This document shows positions 26,345 through 39,557 of a stretch of 64,000 nucleotides of DNA, piece after piece (position 1 is the first letter of the stretch; every line of letters begins with the position of its first letter). The notes below the pieces were generated by a model. That model searched no databases. It saw nothing but the letters and a program-made list of their open reading frames with translations, and was not told where the DNA came from. The stretch comes from Octopus vulgaris (lineage: Eukaryota), in assembly GCA_951406725.2 (NCBI GenBank), contig OX597840.1:27094001-27158000 (forward strand). The letters are read 5' to 3'. The translations under genes and the position numbers were made by a program.

Positions 26345-26994
26345 ATATGTTTGTGTATGCTTCTGTGTGTGTGTATGTGTGTGTGTGCTTGTGTGCATGT
26401 GTTTGTGCGTGTGTGTTGTGCGTGTGTGATTGTGTGTATGTTTGTATATGTGTGTTTGTGTATGCTTATGTATTTGTGTATGTGTGGGCTTGTGTGCAAG
26501 TGTTTGTGCATGTGTGTGTATGTGATTGTGAGTATGGTTGTATATGTGTGTTTGTATATGTTTATGTGTATGTGTGTGTGTGTGTGTGTGTGTTTATGTG
26601 TGTGTGTATATATACTACTCACAGGATCGTACCCTGGGTAGCAATGGGAACCATAGCAGCAGCGACCTTATGATTGGTCATCCAATGTTTGCGGAAATTG
26701 CTGACAAGAAACTCTAATTGCTTTGCAACACGCACCACAAACACTGAATCATCAATACAAATCCATAGACAAGTTTGTTATTTTCGTCCGTTTGTTTGCG
26801 CTTTTCTTTTTTTTTTTTTTTACTGGTCTTTTAGAACACGTGTTTAGTGTTCATTTGGTACTCTCTTTTATCGACCTTGAAGGGAGCCAATGCAAATTTG
26901 CCTCTGATGGGTATTGATCTTAGTGCGTCGGCGAGCCGGAAGAATGTCGTTTAGGATTTTGAGCGACCCGCGAAGCACCTTCACTCACAGCTTT

Positions 26995-27405
26995 AATAAT
27001 CCTTTCTACTATAGGCACAAGGCCTGAAATTTCGGGAGAGGAGACTAGTCGATTACATCGACCCCAGAGCGTAACTGGTACTTAATATATCGACCTCGAA
27101 AGGATGAAAGGCAAAGTCGACCTCGGCGGGATTTGAACTCAGAACATAAAAGCAGACGAAATACCAATTTCTATTTCTTTACTACCCACAAGGGGCTAAA
27201 CACAGAGGGGACAAACAAGGACAGACAAATGGATTGAGTCGATTACATCGACCCCAGTGCCTAACTGCTATTTATTTAATCGACCCCGGAAAGATGAAAG
27301 GCAAAGTCGACCTCGGCGGAATTTGAACTCAGAACGTAGCGGCAGACGAAATACCGTTAAGCATTTCGCCCAGTGTGCTATCGATTCTGCCAGCTCGCCG
27401 CCTTA
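26995..27405 (-). mobile_element. SINE family A: head + type-1 unit + terminal type-2 unit
   Basis: Reverse complement of family A; ends tttcaggccttgtgcctatagtagaaaggattatta. Confidence 0.88.
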
Positions 27406-27751
27406 CAACTTTGATAATAAGATAACTTTTCTATTATAGGCCAGAAGTTTTGAGAAAGAGAGCCAGTCGTTCAATTGGCCCCAGTGTTCAAGTGGTACTT
27501 ATTTTATCGATTCCAGAAGGATATAAAAAAGAAACTGCCCTTGGCGGAATTTGAACTCTAAACATAAAGGCGAACGAAATGCCGCTAAGTAATTTTATCA
27601 GGCATTGTAACGATTCTGCCATTTCGACGCCATAAACACTTTAACATTTTGACTTACAAATATTTTCAACAGAAAAAAAAAGCAAACAGAGGGTTCAAAC
27701 TGAGAGGAACACGTTTACATATCAGAACAGATTCGAAATTATCATATTGCT

Positions 27752-28205
27752 AATTGTGGTTGTGTGGTAAGAAGCTTGCTTTCGAACCATATGGTTCCAG
27801 GTTCACTCCCACTGCATGGCGCCTTGGGCAAGTAGTTTCTTCTATAGTCTCAGGCGAAACAAAACCTTCTGAGTGGATTATGTAGACGGAAAAATGAAAG
27901 AAGCCCGTCGTGTGTGTGTGTGAGGAGGGGAGAGAGAGAAAGAGACGGGAGAGAGAATGAGAGAGGGGGGAGATAGAGAGAAAGAGAACGAGAGAGAGAT
28001 ACTGTTTGTTTACCCCCACCGTTTGACAATCAGTGTTGATGTGTTTACGTCCACGTAACCTAACGCTTCAGCAAAAGGGAACGATCAAGTAAGTACCAGC
28101 CTAAAAAAGATAAGTACCAGAGTCGATTCACTCAACTAAAATTCAAGAAGGCGGTGCCCCAGCATGGCCACAGTCGACTGACTGCAACAAGTAACATGTA
28201 AAAGA
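27752..28205 (+). mobile_element. SINE family B, diverged, with internal (TG)/(GA) tract
   Basis: gtggttgtgtggtaagaagcttgct…ccttgggcaagt…ggcggtgccccagcatggccacagtc. Confidence 0.78.
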
Positions 28206-28544
28206 TATCAACGAACGTTTCGCATGATTTTGTCTACATCGTGTATCTTGTACTTGCGTTGGTTTCTCTCAGCTATTTTGCTATTTCCTGATCCCGTTGC
28301 CGAATTCTTCAATAAATATTCTTCAACTGGAAACTTATATCACCGTTATTAATGCAATACAAATTACACTGGTCGTCTGTTAGGGCGTCCTCGAAGCTTC
28401 CTGACAACCTAGCCAGGCGTGACATTCGGCTGATAAAGAAAAGCCTCTTTTTGGAATAGTGGCTTTCGCGGATCACAGAAAACTATAAATAATAGCGTAT
28501 GCATATTGCATAGAAATATTAATATATACCATACCACACATTAC

Positions 28545-29353
28545 ATTAGATACATAAATGCATACATACATGTATGCATAATCCATACATACATACATAC
28601 ATACATACATACATTTATGTACATACATACAAGCATGCATGCATAAATACATTCATACATACATATACATACATGCATGCAAACATACATACATACATAC
28701 AGGCTGACATGCATAGATTCATGCGCACAAAAATATATATACGTACATGCATACATACATGCATGCATACATACATGCATGCATACATACATACATACAT
28801 GCATACATACATGCATGCATACATACATACATACATACATGCATACATACATACATGTATGCATAATCCATACATACATATATACATACATACATGCATA
28901 CATACATTCATACATGTATGCATAATCCATACATACATACATATATACATTCATACATACATATACATACATGTATGCATACATACATACATACATACAT
29001 ACATACATAAATACATGCATACATGCATACATACATACATACATATATACATACATACATACATGCATAATCCATACATACATACATACATACATACATA
29101 CATACATACATACACACACACATACATACATACATACGTACGTACGTACATACATACATACATACATACATACATGCTTACATGCATACATACATACATA
29201 TATACATACATACATGCATAATCCATACATACATACATACATACATACATACACACATACATACATACATACATACATACATACATACGTACGTACGTAC
29301 ATACATACATACATACATACATACATACATACATACATACATACATACATACA

Positions 29354-29384
<31 letters not shown>

Positions 29385-29385
29385 G
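28545..29385. repeat. (CATA)n compound microsatellite with recurrent gcataatccat variant
   Basis: Direct reading. Confidence 0.93.
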
Positions 29386-29609
29386 TACACGGGACTATAA
29401 AAATCTGCAAGATCTTAAGACTTAACAGATGATGGACAAAAGATGCTTTCCTTCACGGCCAAATAGGTGACCGATTAAAATTTCCTTTAAATAAAAACGA
29501 GAAAGAGAACTTACATACCTATATACATGCATGCATGTATGCTTTTATACATACATACATATCTATATACATACGTACATACATGCATTATGGTAAAAGT
29601 AATGGCCAC

Positions 29610-29790
29610 TCAACAAAAAAGAATACTGGTGGAATGTCTCATTGAAGACTTCAGTAAAATGTAAGCACAAACAGACCTGACATAGTGATTTGGGATAGAG
29701 AAGAGAAACTGTGCGCAGTTGTGGAAATTAGCTGCCCAGCCGATATTAACATAACGCTGAAGGTCAGTGAAAAAGAAAACACCTATGCTT
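29610..29790 (+). pseudogene. Restriction-like endonuclease fragment of an R2/R4-group non-LTR retrotransposon
   Basis: KEYWWNVSLKTSVKCKH/NRPDIVIWDREEKLCAVVEISCPADINITLKVSEKENTY matches the RPD…E…K..(K)Y PD-(D/E)xK motif. It is frameshifted. Confidence 0.8.
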
Positions 29791-30167
29791 TTATACTTTT
29801 TATTCTGCCTGGGGTTAAAACGGTAGTAACATCGAACAGCCATATTGATGTGGCGATTAACTTTATTTAGCTTACGGCTGTTTCTGCGTTAAGATGCAGT
29901 GGACTCATAGTTGAGTGCCTCAATAACATCTTATGGCTTCATTTGAGCCTCGAATTTATAGTCGTGGCTCCGATGAAGCTGTAAGGTGTTACACAGCAGA
30001 AACAACTGTAAGGTGATGAATTTCGTAAAATCATAAGATGATCGTTTAATCCTCTGTCGTCTCATCTGCTGATATGTGTGTATGTGTGTGTGTTTATATA
30101 TATGCGTATCTTTCTATATATATGTATGTGTGCATATGTTTATATGTATGTCTCTCTCTCTCTCTCT

Positions 30168-30209
<42 letters not shown>

Positions 30210-30291
30210 CGTTTAGTCATAAAAAGTCTTATATATGTTTAAGCCTTATATATGTATGTGTGTATTTATATATATAAATGTGTGTATATAT

Positions 30292-30326
<35 letters not shown>

Positions 30327-30330
30327 AATG

Positions 30331-30402
<72 letters not shown>

Positions 30403-30429
30403 AAGTTCAGCAAAAATTTAGATTCGAAT

Positions 30430-30576
30430 GAATATGGTACTTAATTTAGATGCACCAGAATTTTGTCTGGTGTTATCCATAAAAATTTGCGGGGTGATTA
30501 TAATCAAACTTTTAATAAAATGATGTAGTGTGAAACAATTGTACCAAATTACCGGAGTCATTCTTGTTGCCTACTT

Positions 30577-30578
<2 letters not shown>
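30430..30578. mobile_element. Penelope pLTR-like remnant with internal inversion, same family as 59313-59935
   Basis: 30430-30503 is the reverse complement of 59858-59933. It is followed by tGAAACaattGTAc…cattcttgttgc, the hammerhead 3' half. Flanked by (TA)n on both sides. Confidence 0.7.
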
Positions 30579-30632
<54 letters not shown>

Positions 30633-31717
30633 GTTCTTATGTTTCCATTTGTAATAGCAAGGCTTACAGGTGCAAAACGAAGAGCTCTTTAAATCAGGAA
30701 GTGAACAGTGATGGAAGAATATATTTCGCCAAATACAATGTGCGTGCGTATGTGCGTGAATGTGTGCGTATTTCTATGTAACACCTAAGCGTCTCTGTGT
30801 ATGTGTATGTGTGTGTGTGTTGATGTATATGTTGATGTATATGCATGTGTGTGCGTGCATGTTAATCTGTGTACTTTTATGCTGTTTGATTCCAATTCAT
30901 GACGGACTGACTTCAAAAATAATGTCACTCTTTTTGTTCGTCTCTAAAAGTCATTTTCCAGTTCCCAGCTGTTTTACCATTTTCTCTCGTACATCTTCGC
31001 TTCTTTGACATTCTCAAAGCTGTTCTCACAGCTTTGTTCAATTTCTTTGTATCACCCAATTCCTTTGTATCGTGTGGGAAGTTTCACATTTCTATAACTA
31101 GCTTTCTGTCTTTGTTCATTGACTGTTTTCCTATATACCTTAAACCGCCTCTCATTCTCTTCCGAGCTCTGAATCAGACCGCTTCTTCCCTCACCCCCTT
31201 CTTTTTCCTTCTTTGTTTTTTTTTTTCTCAGAATGGCGCATACTCTGTCGCATGCAAATCCACTTCCTATGCATTCCAAAAGTAATTTTCTTTCCATTGT
31301 ACCCTTTTATATTCTCTTTTGCATTCTTCGGGTATGATTAGAACATTTGTCAAAAGAAGAAAATTAACGGATCTTATATTAGTCGACTGCTACCTCTCCC
31401 ACCCGTTGTTCTTATTTTTTGTTTTTTACTAGATAATGATATAGTTCTTTTTGTTTCCTTTTTGATTGAAACACACGTGATACGACTTTTTGTTTAGAGA
31501 CACGCAGTGAATTAAAACCGTGTGTCCCAGTTTCTCGCGACCGTTTGTCTTCAGATTTACGAGTTAAATCTCAACGTTTACCGTTGACTTATGTGGTTAA
31601 CCGACTAGACGTCAAAGGAAAGACCAGAGTGACCTGCCACTGGACTGGCAAAAGAAAGAAAACAATATATGTATTGTATATATAAGAGGCACTGGCATCC
31701 AGAAGACCCAGCGTGGC

Positions 31718-32277
31718 AAGTTGGTGATTAATAAATTATTATTTATTAATTAAATAAACATCCCTTACAGCTGTTTCTAAAACATCCCTTACAGCTGTTT
31801 CTAAAAACATCCCTTACAGCCGTTTCTAAAAACATCCCTTACAGCTGTTTCTAAAACATCCCTTACAGCTGTTTTTACCGATTAAATACAGATGGACATA
31901 ATATCACAATATGACATTTATACCAATATATCTTCTTGAGTTTTTCTTATACTTAACACTCTAGATGAATATATTGTTCTTTTCTTACTTTACAACTACA
32001 GTATACACAATCTTATTCCCCTTTATAAGGTCTCCACCATTTTTTATACTATGTTCTTTATGTAAAAATCTTGTCAGTTAACGGTTTGCAGCCGTTTACA
32101 CAACTTGCAAGAATTGCACACCTATTTTGTATAACTTAAACTACCTCTGACAAGATGCGACTTTCAAACAATTGCTAAATTTATTAATCAAGTTTCTGAA
32201 CATCTTGAATCGAAACAGCTGTAATGGTTGTTTGTCAATTTCTTAATGAATAAATAATAATTTTTTAATTACCACTC
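31718..32277. mobile_element. Element with ~60-bp inverted ends and a degenerate hammerhead (32143-32228, +)
   Basis: The left end tggtgattaataaattattatttatt…aacatcccttacagctgtttc mirrors the right end gaaacagctgtaatggttgtt…aataaataataattttttaattacca. Core: CTGACAA-gat…atc-GAAAC-agct-GTA. Confidence 0.65.
31757..31875. repeat. 5 tandem copies of a 24-25-bp unit AACATCCCTTACAGCTGTTTCTAA(A)
   Basis: Direct reading; there are no spacers between copies. Confidence 0.93.
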
Positions 32278-32313
32278 TAATTTCTTATCTTATTATAATA
32301 AATAAATATAATA

Positions 32314-32740
32314 GGCGCAGGAGTGGCTGTGTGGTAAGTAGCTTGCTAACCAACCACATGGTTCCGGGTTCAGTCCCACTGCGTGGCATCTTGGGCAAGT
32401 GTCTTCTGCTATAGCCCCGGGCCGACCAATGCCTTGTGAGTGGATTTGGTAGACGAAAACTGAAAGAAGCCTGTCGTATATATGTATATATATATAAGTG
32501 TGTGTGAATATGTTTGTGTGTCTGTGTTTGTTCCCCTAGCATTGCTTGACAACTGATGCTGGTGTGTTTACGTCCCCGTCACTTAGCGGTTCGGCAAAAG
32601 AGACCGATAGAATAAGTACTGGGCTTACAAAGAATAAGTCCCGGGGTCGAGTTGCTCGACTAAAGGCGGTGCTCCAGCATGGCCGCAGTCAAATGACTGA
32701 AACAAGTAAAAAAAGTAAAAGAGAGAAAAAGAAAGAGTAT
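32314..32740 (+). mobile_element. SINE family B, full length
   Basis: Matches the family B consensus. Confidence 0.92.
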
Positions 32741-32877
32741 ATATAAACCACGGTTTATATAGTTACCTTGCAGTTGAGTATTAACTATAATGTGCAACAT
32801 TGTTTGTATAGGTAACTAACCAGTAGTTTCACAGGATTTTGCTATCCCTCAGTTAGGTTTGTAACCGTTATTTGTAC

Positions 32878-32927
<50 letters not shown>

Positions 32928-32929
<2 letters not shown>

Positions 32930-33302
32930 GCAGGAGTGACTGTGTGGTAAGTACCTTGCTTACCAACCACATGGTTCTGGGTTCAGTCCCACTGCGTGGT
33001 ATCTTGGGCAAGTGTCTTCTGCTATAGCCTCGGGCCGACCAAAGCCTTGTGAGTGGATTTGGTAGACGGAAACTGAAAGAAGCCTGTCGTATATATGTAT
33101 ATGTATGTATGTGTGTGTATATGTTTCTGTATCTGTGTTTGTCCCCCACCATCGCTTGACAACCGATGCTGGTGTGTTTACGTCCCCGTCACTTAGCGGT
33201 TCGGCAAAAAGAGACCGATAGAATAAGTCCCGCGGTCGATTTATTCGACTAAAGGCGGTGCTCCAGCATGGCCACATTCAAGTGACTAAAACAAGTAAAA
33301 GA
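32928..33302 (+). mobile_element. SINE family B
   Basis: Matches the family B consensus; preceded by (TA)n. Confidence 0.9.
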
Positions 33303-33835
33303 ATATATGAATACAAAATATGCATATATAATTATATATATTCTATATATGTTTTTTATATGTATGCATTTGTACATTTATATAATATGCGATAGATGTA
33401 TGTGTGTGTGTGAGAGAGAGAGAGAGAGTGAGTGTGTGAGTATGTGCGTGTTTGTGGGTTTGTATCAAAATAAATAAAACTTGAAACATCAAAAGTATAT
33501 ACCCACGCTAATTAAGTGAGCAATTACTAATGAGTCGTTGAACTTCATCATGATATAAAATGGCAAGAAATACGTTGGAGGAAACCTGAAAGTCTCTTTT
33601 TTATTATATCTTTCACTTGCTTTAGTAAATGCACTGCGGCCATGCTGGGGCACCTTCTTGGTGTGTTTGAACGAAGAAAATTGGCACCAGTTTTAATATT
33701 TTTTTTTAAACTGGTACTTATTCTATCGAGCCCAGTTGTAGAACTGCTAGGTTACGGGGATACGAAGATACCAACACCGTTTGTCAGGCGTTGGTGGTGG
33801 TGGTGGTGGGGGCAAACACAGAGGTACACGTATAC

Positions 33836-33901
<66 letters not shown>

Positions 33902-33914
33902 GTGTATATTAATA

Positions 33915-34370
33915 TTTCAAAGTCTCTCTTAAGAAGTCTACGGCAGCCGGTACTGGATATTAATAATTATCACCATGTTAACATGGCAGTCCAGATAAAT
34001 AGGACGAATGCTGCCGTTGATCAGCTCCAAGAGGCCATCGCCTCTAGCTAGCTATGTGACACACGAACTTGTGTCCATTATAACCTTCGAACAGGGGAGG
34101 TCTGTCGCTTCCCCTGGCTGGTCTGGCATCTACAGACTAGTTTCGGAGTATTTGCCTCTTATCAACTATATATAGATAGATATAGATCGTTAGCTCCTAC
34201 ACGCATTTTTTTCTCTCCTTGTTTTTTTCTGTGTATCCTTCTGTCGAAGAGCGTAGGCTCGAAACGTAAAATACTTTTTCTATTCCTGAGCGCTATATTA
34301 ATACATTTGTTTGTTTGCACTCCACCTGCCTTCGCCTCTTGTTTATTTTCGTAAACTTTCCCTTTTTATA
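33915..34370. mobile_element. Two back-to-back Penelope pLTR-like remnants with degenerate hammerheads
   Basis: Minus strand 34129-34170: TTGATAA-gag-gcaaata-ctc-c-GAAAC-ta-GTC|tgtag. Plus strand 34233-34274: CTGTCGAA-GAGC-gtag-GCTC-GAAAC-GTA. Confidence 0.5.
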
Positions 34371-34990
34371 TATATAGTCATATATGGAGTTTCCGTCATA
34401 AATTATTGGTCTGACCAGTGCCATGTTAGAAGAGACTTGCCCAAGATACCGTGCCGTGGAACCAAACAAGAAACGATGTAGTTACAAAGCAAACGTCTTA
34501 ACCACATAGCCACGTCTGCACCACTATGCGTAACTGGATAAAACCATCCTTAAGGGGCAGCACATATTTAGAATAAAATGCAGAAAAGTATAAATTTAAA
34601 TGAATTTGAATTTAATTGCAACAGCTATTATCATTGGAATAGGCATCGTTAATTTTATCCTTTCGTAATTAAAGTAGATAATGACCAAAAATTAATTTAA
34701 ATTCAATTAATTTAAAGCACAGTTAGAATCAGAACACCAGGAATATTACTAGTTCTGCAAACGAGCAACAATTATGGTTAGCATCGTTAGTAGAATTCCT
34801 AATGATTTGCGGCGAGTATTGTCCCAAATTTACAGAACTTAAATTGATTTTCATTAATCACGTATTATTAATTGTATAATTATAGGATTAATTAGGCATA
34901 TTCCGAGCGAAACAGCTGTTGAAAGTAATCAAATTATAATACGTTAGGAAAATTGATGCCTTTCCGGATTTTATTCTTTCCCTTTCTCTT

Positions 34991-35045
<55 letters not shown>

Positions 35046-35062
35046 ATATATATATATGCTTC

Positions 35063-35218
35063 CGTAGGAGTGGCTGTGTGGTAAGTAGCTTGCTAACCAA
35101 CCACATGGTTCCGGGTTCAGTCCCACTGCGTGGCATCTTGGGCAAGTGTCTTCTGCTATAGCCTCGGGCCGACCAATGAGTGGATTTAATAGACGGAAAC
35201 TGAAAGAAGCCCGTCGTA

Positions 35219-35270
<52 letters not shown>

Positions 35271-35487
35271 TGTGTATGTTTGTGTGACTGTGTTTGTCCC
35301 CCTAGCATTGCTTGACAACCGATGCTGGTGTGTTTACATCCCCGTCACCTAGCGGTTCGGCAAAAGAGACCGATAGAATAAGTACTGGGCTTACAAAGAA
35401 TAAGTCCCGGGGTCGATTTGCTCGACTAAAGGCGGTGCTCCAGCATAGCCGCAGTCAAATGACTGAAACAAGTAAAAGAGTAAAAGA

Positions 35488-35490
<3 letters not shown>
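35063..35490 (+). mobile_element. SINE family B, full length
   Basis: Matches the family B consensus. Confidence 0.9.
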
Positions 35491-35542
<52 letters not shown>

Positions 35543-35669
35543 TGCACACACATATGTATGTGTGCATACAAACATGTATACACGCATATATACATGTGTG
35601 AATATACACACATATATATATATATTTAAATGTGGCAGCATATTTTCATTTACTAATTGCAGGTAGCCT

Positions 35670-36311
35670 ACACTGTCCTGTCCTGTTTGCCATCAACCTC
35701 AATAATTGGACCAACACCTAAGCCGCTGAGCGCAGCCTACACCATTAAATACCACATCTCCCACTGGCGCTGTTTTCGATAGAATTCTTCAGTTGGATAG
35801 CATCTAACATAAGTTTTTCCGTCTGATCCAAAGACACAAAAGCGGGATTCGTCGCTCCAAAGAATTTTTGACCAGTCTTCGGCCGTCCATTCAATATGGT
35901 TTTTAGCAAACTTGATCCGCTCTACCGGGTCGTCTCAGAAATTATCAGCTTCTTTCGAGTGATCCGGTCGAAAAGTCCAAATTCTTTTAGGCGCTTTCTG
36001 ACAGTTTGTGGTGTAAAGCTGATGCCAGTTACATCAGATAATTGCTGGCAAATGTCCACTGCTGTTAGCATTCGTTTACCTTCAAAGAGCCTAGGAATTC
36101 ACCGATCCATCTGTACTGTTGTTTTACTCGGAGCCCCTATCATTTGCCGATCTTTGTATTGGCCAGTGGCTTGGCAAAGCTTCCATTCTTGAACACAAGC
36201 CATTTTGCTGCATCCTAATTGCTTGTTAAAGTTCATGAAAGACACATTTTGCTGATGAAGCAACACGATCTTTGATCTAGTAATTAAGCTGATACCATGA
36301 CACTTTCCCAT
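35670..36311 (-). pseudogene. Tc1-family transposase, N-terminal two-thirds, decayed
   Basis: MGKCHGISLITRSKIVLLHQQ…GAPSKTTVQMDR*…TPQTVRKRLKEFGL…RKKLIISE/RIKFAKNHIEWTAEDWSKILWSDESRFCVFGSDGKTYVR…GVGPIIEVDGK. This gives the paired-like HTH, a GRPR-like motif and the WSDESxF catalytic motif. Confidence 0.92.
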
Positions 36312-36569
36312 AGCGAATTAATGTGTAGCAATGCTCCATTATTAAACAAAACAGTGCAGTATGACCAGCCATATGACCATCCAGCTGGTTTATTAATTTG
36401 CATAATCTTGGTACGGTCTTAAATTCATTTTGCCGACAAATTTTAATCATTTGAATTAATTGCACATTAAAATGATTCGAATTGCAAAAAGATATATAAC
36501 GCCTATATCATTCGAAAGAGAAAAAATTCTACAAAAACTGTAAAAAGTAAAATAAAATGAATAAAAATA

Positions 36570-36826
36570 AATGCGCCCTTTTAAAGCCTAGCCAGGCTCA
36601 TGGGCCTGGTTTCCCGGTTTTTATGGCGTATGTGTTCCCCAGCTGGACGGGACACCAGTCCATCGCAGCGTTACTCATTTTTGCCAGCTGAGTGGACTTC
36701 AGCAACGTGAAATGAAGTGTTTTGCTCAAGAACACAACGCATCGGAATTTGAACTCAGAACGTAACGGCAGACGAAATACGGCTACGCATTTCGCCCGGC
36801 GTGCTAACGATTCTGCCAGCTCGCCG
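36570..36826 (-). mobile_element. Chimeric SINE: family A head fused to a CORE-like body and a family D-type tail
   Basis: Minus strand: ggcgagctggcagaatcgttagc…gagttcaaattccg|atgcgttgtgttcttgagcaaaacacttcatttcac…ctgcgatggactggtgtcccgtccag…ccgggaaaccaggcccatgagcc. Confidence 0.75.
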
Positions 36827-36841
36827 TTGTGTTAAAAATAT

Positions 36842-37233
36842 GGAAGCACTCCGTCGGTTACGACGACGAGGGTTCCGGTTGATCCGATCAACGGAACAGC
36901 CTGCTCGTGAAATTAACGTGTAAGTGGCTGAGCACTCCACAGACACGTGTACCCTTAACGTAGTTCTCGAGGATATTCAGCGTGACACAGAGAGTGACAA
37001 GGCCAGTCCTTTGGAATACAAGTACAACAGAAACAGGAAGTAAGAGTGAGAGAAAGTTGTGGTGAAAGAGTACAGCAGGGATCACCACCATCCCCTGCCG
37101 GAGCCTCGTGGAGCTTTTTTAGGTGTTTTCGCTCAATAAACACTCACAACGCCCGGTTTGGGAATCGAAACCGCGATCCTACGACCGCGAGACCGCTGCC
37201 CTAACCACTGGGCCGTTGGGCCGTTGCGCCTCC
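36842..37233 (-). mobile_element. SINE family C, full length, 11-bp TSD
   Basis: TSD gttaaaaatat at 36831-36841 and 37234-37244; tRNA-like head on the minus strand. Confidence 0.9.
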
Positions 37234-37682
37234 GTTAAAAATATATTAATGGAGGAATAGAACTTGTCATCATCAAGTCTTAGACTTATTTTGGCCAGTG
37301 TATGCCAAAAACTGTACGTATAAACCGATATATCCTTTACGTAGAATGTGTTGCATCAAGACATAAAAAATATTTTCGTTGCACATAAATCCCTCGTTGA
37401 AATGTTGAGACGCTTTCTTAAGTAGGAACGAAATTTAAATATTTTCAATCTACCATTAAGTTAATGGCGACAGAATAGTGAAGTGTGTCTCGATGAAATC
37501 TTACCGAAATATAATGAAATGTGTCAGATCTCATGCTTTCACTCTCTCTCTCTATCTCTCTCTTTCTTTCTTTCTTTCGCTCTTTCTTTCTTTCTTTCTT
37601 TCGCTCTCTCTTTCTTTCTTCCTTCAATTCTCTCTCTCTTTCTTTAGACAGCTATATATAAATATATAATATATATGCTTGT

Positions 37683-37727
<45 letters not shown>

Positions 37728-37741
37728 AATATATACGGTTG

Positions 37742-37780
<39 letters not shown>

Positions 37781-37879
37781 ATTTGTGTGTGTATTTATAT
37801 TACATATTATATGTTTGTATGTATTAGATATGTGTGTATTTAAAAAAAAATATATATATATATATACATATGTATATAC

Positions 37880-37944
<65 letters not shown>

Positions 37945-38097
37945 TAATACTAAGCAATAAAGGGTTTGGCAACGAATTGCCTTACCACATACCGAATTTA
38001 GAAATAGCAGTCAAAGAGTTATAGCTATTTCTTCTACTAAAAAGGGAGATCTCAGTAAAAACAGCATATATATATATAAGTCAAAATAAGGGGTCTT

Positions 38098-38149
<52 letters not shown>

Positions 38150-38158
38150 ATATATATG

Positions 38159-38272
<114 letters not shown>

Positions 38273-38681
38273 TCATATTCGTCTTTTGCAGCATAAAAGA
38301 GATTCTGTAAATGTATCAGTACGTATATACATTATATATGTTTCTATATATATATATATCTATGTATGCACATAATTATGTATACGCATACATGAATATA
38401 TGTATATAAGCATATATGTGTGCGTGCGTGTAGGGCATGAATGTATGTATGTATGGACGTATGTAGTGAACTATTTTTCAAGCGCTCAAACAATGAAGTC
38501 TGCCTTTATCCCCACCACTGCTCTAGAGACTCTGCTCATAATCTCTGTTCTAATCTCTGCTCTGCCGACAAGAATATATAACTTGTTAGATTTATGATTG
38601 TGGATTATTATAGACTGTATTGCTGGCGGCACTTAAATTCTGTTCTATTAATTAAGGCGTTGGGTCACAGCCTGTACGTCA

Positions 38682-39557
38682 TGGTGAGCTGGCAGAAACG
38701 TTAGCACGCCGGGCGAAATGCGTAGTCATATTTCGTCTGTCGTCACGTTCCGAGTTCAAATTCCGCCGAGGTCGACTTTGCCTTTCATCCTTTCGAGGTC
38801 GATTAAATAAGTACCAGTTACGCACTGAGGTCGATGTAATCGACTTAATCCGTTTTGTCTGTCCTTGTTTGTCCTCTCCGTGTTTAACCCCTTGTGGGTA
38901 GTAAAGAAATAGAAATAGGTATTTCGTATGTCTTTAGGTTCTGAGTTCAAATTCCGCCGAGGTCGACTTTGCCTTTCATCCTTTCGGGGTCGATAAATTA
39001 AGTAGCAGTTGCGCACTGGGGTCGATATAATCGACTTAATCCGTTTCTCTGTCCTTGTTTGTCCCCTCTCTGTTTAGCCCCTTGTGAGTAGTAAAGAAGT
39101 AGGTATTTCGTCTGTCTTTACGTTCTGGGTTCAAATTCCGCCGAGGTCGACTTTCCCTTTCATCCTTTCGGGGTCGATTAAATAAGTACTAGTTACACAC
39201 TGAGGTCGATATAATCGACTTAATAATCCGTCTGTCTGTCCTTGTTTGTCCCCTCTGTGTATAGCCCCTTGTGGGTAGTAAAGAAATAGGTATTTCGTCT
39301 GTCTTTATGTTCTGAGTTCAAATTCCGCCGAGGTCGACTTTGCCTTTCATCCTTTCGAGGTCGATTAAATAAGTATCAGTTACGCACTGAGATCGATGTA
39401 ATCGACTTAATCCGTTTTGTCTGTCCTTGTTTGTCCTCTCCGTGTTTAACCCCTTGTGGGTAGTAAAGAAATAGAAATAGGTATTTCGTCTGTCTTTACG
39501 TTCTGAGTTCAAATTCCGCCGAGGTAGACTTTGCCTTTCATCCTTTCGCGGTGGATT
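38682..39557 (+). mobile_element. SINE family A concatemer: head + 4 full units + partial fifth unit
   Basis: Units begin at about 38728, 38918, 39102, 39289 and 39480, each at (g)gtatttcgt. Confidence 0.92.

Noticed and set aside
31757-31875. CRISPR-like 24-bp repeats
   Set aside because: The copies are directly tandem with no spacers, there are no cas genes, and the context is eukaryotic.
38682-39557. Regular repeat array resembling CRISPR or an integron
   Set aside because: The whole ~185-bp units are homologous SINE bodies with no unique spacers or cassettes.
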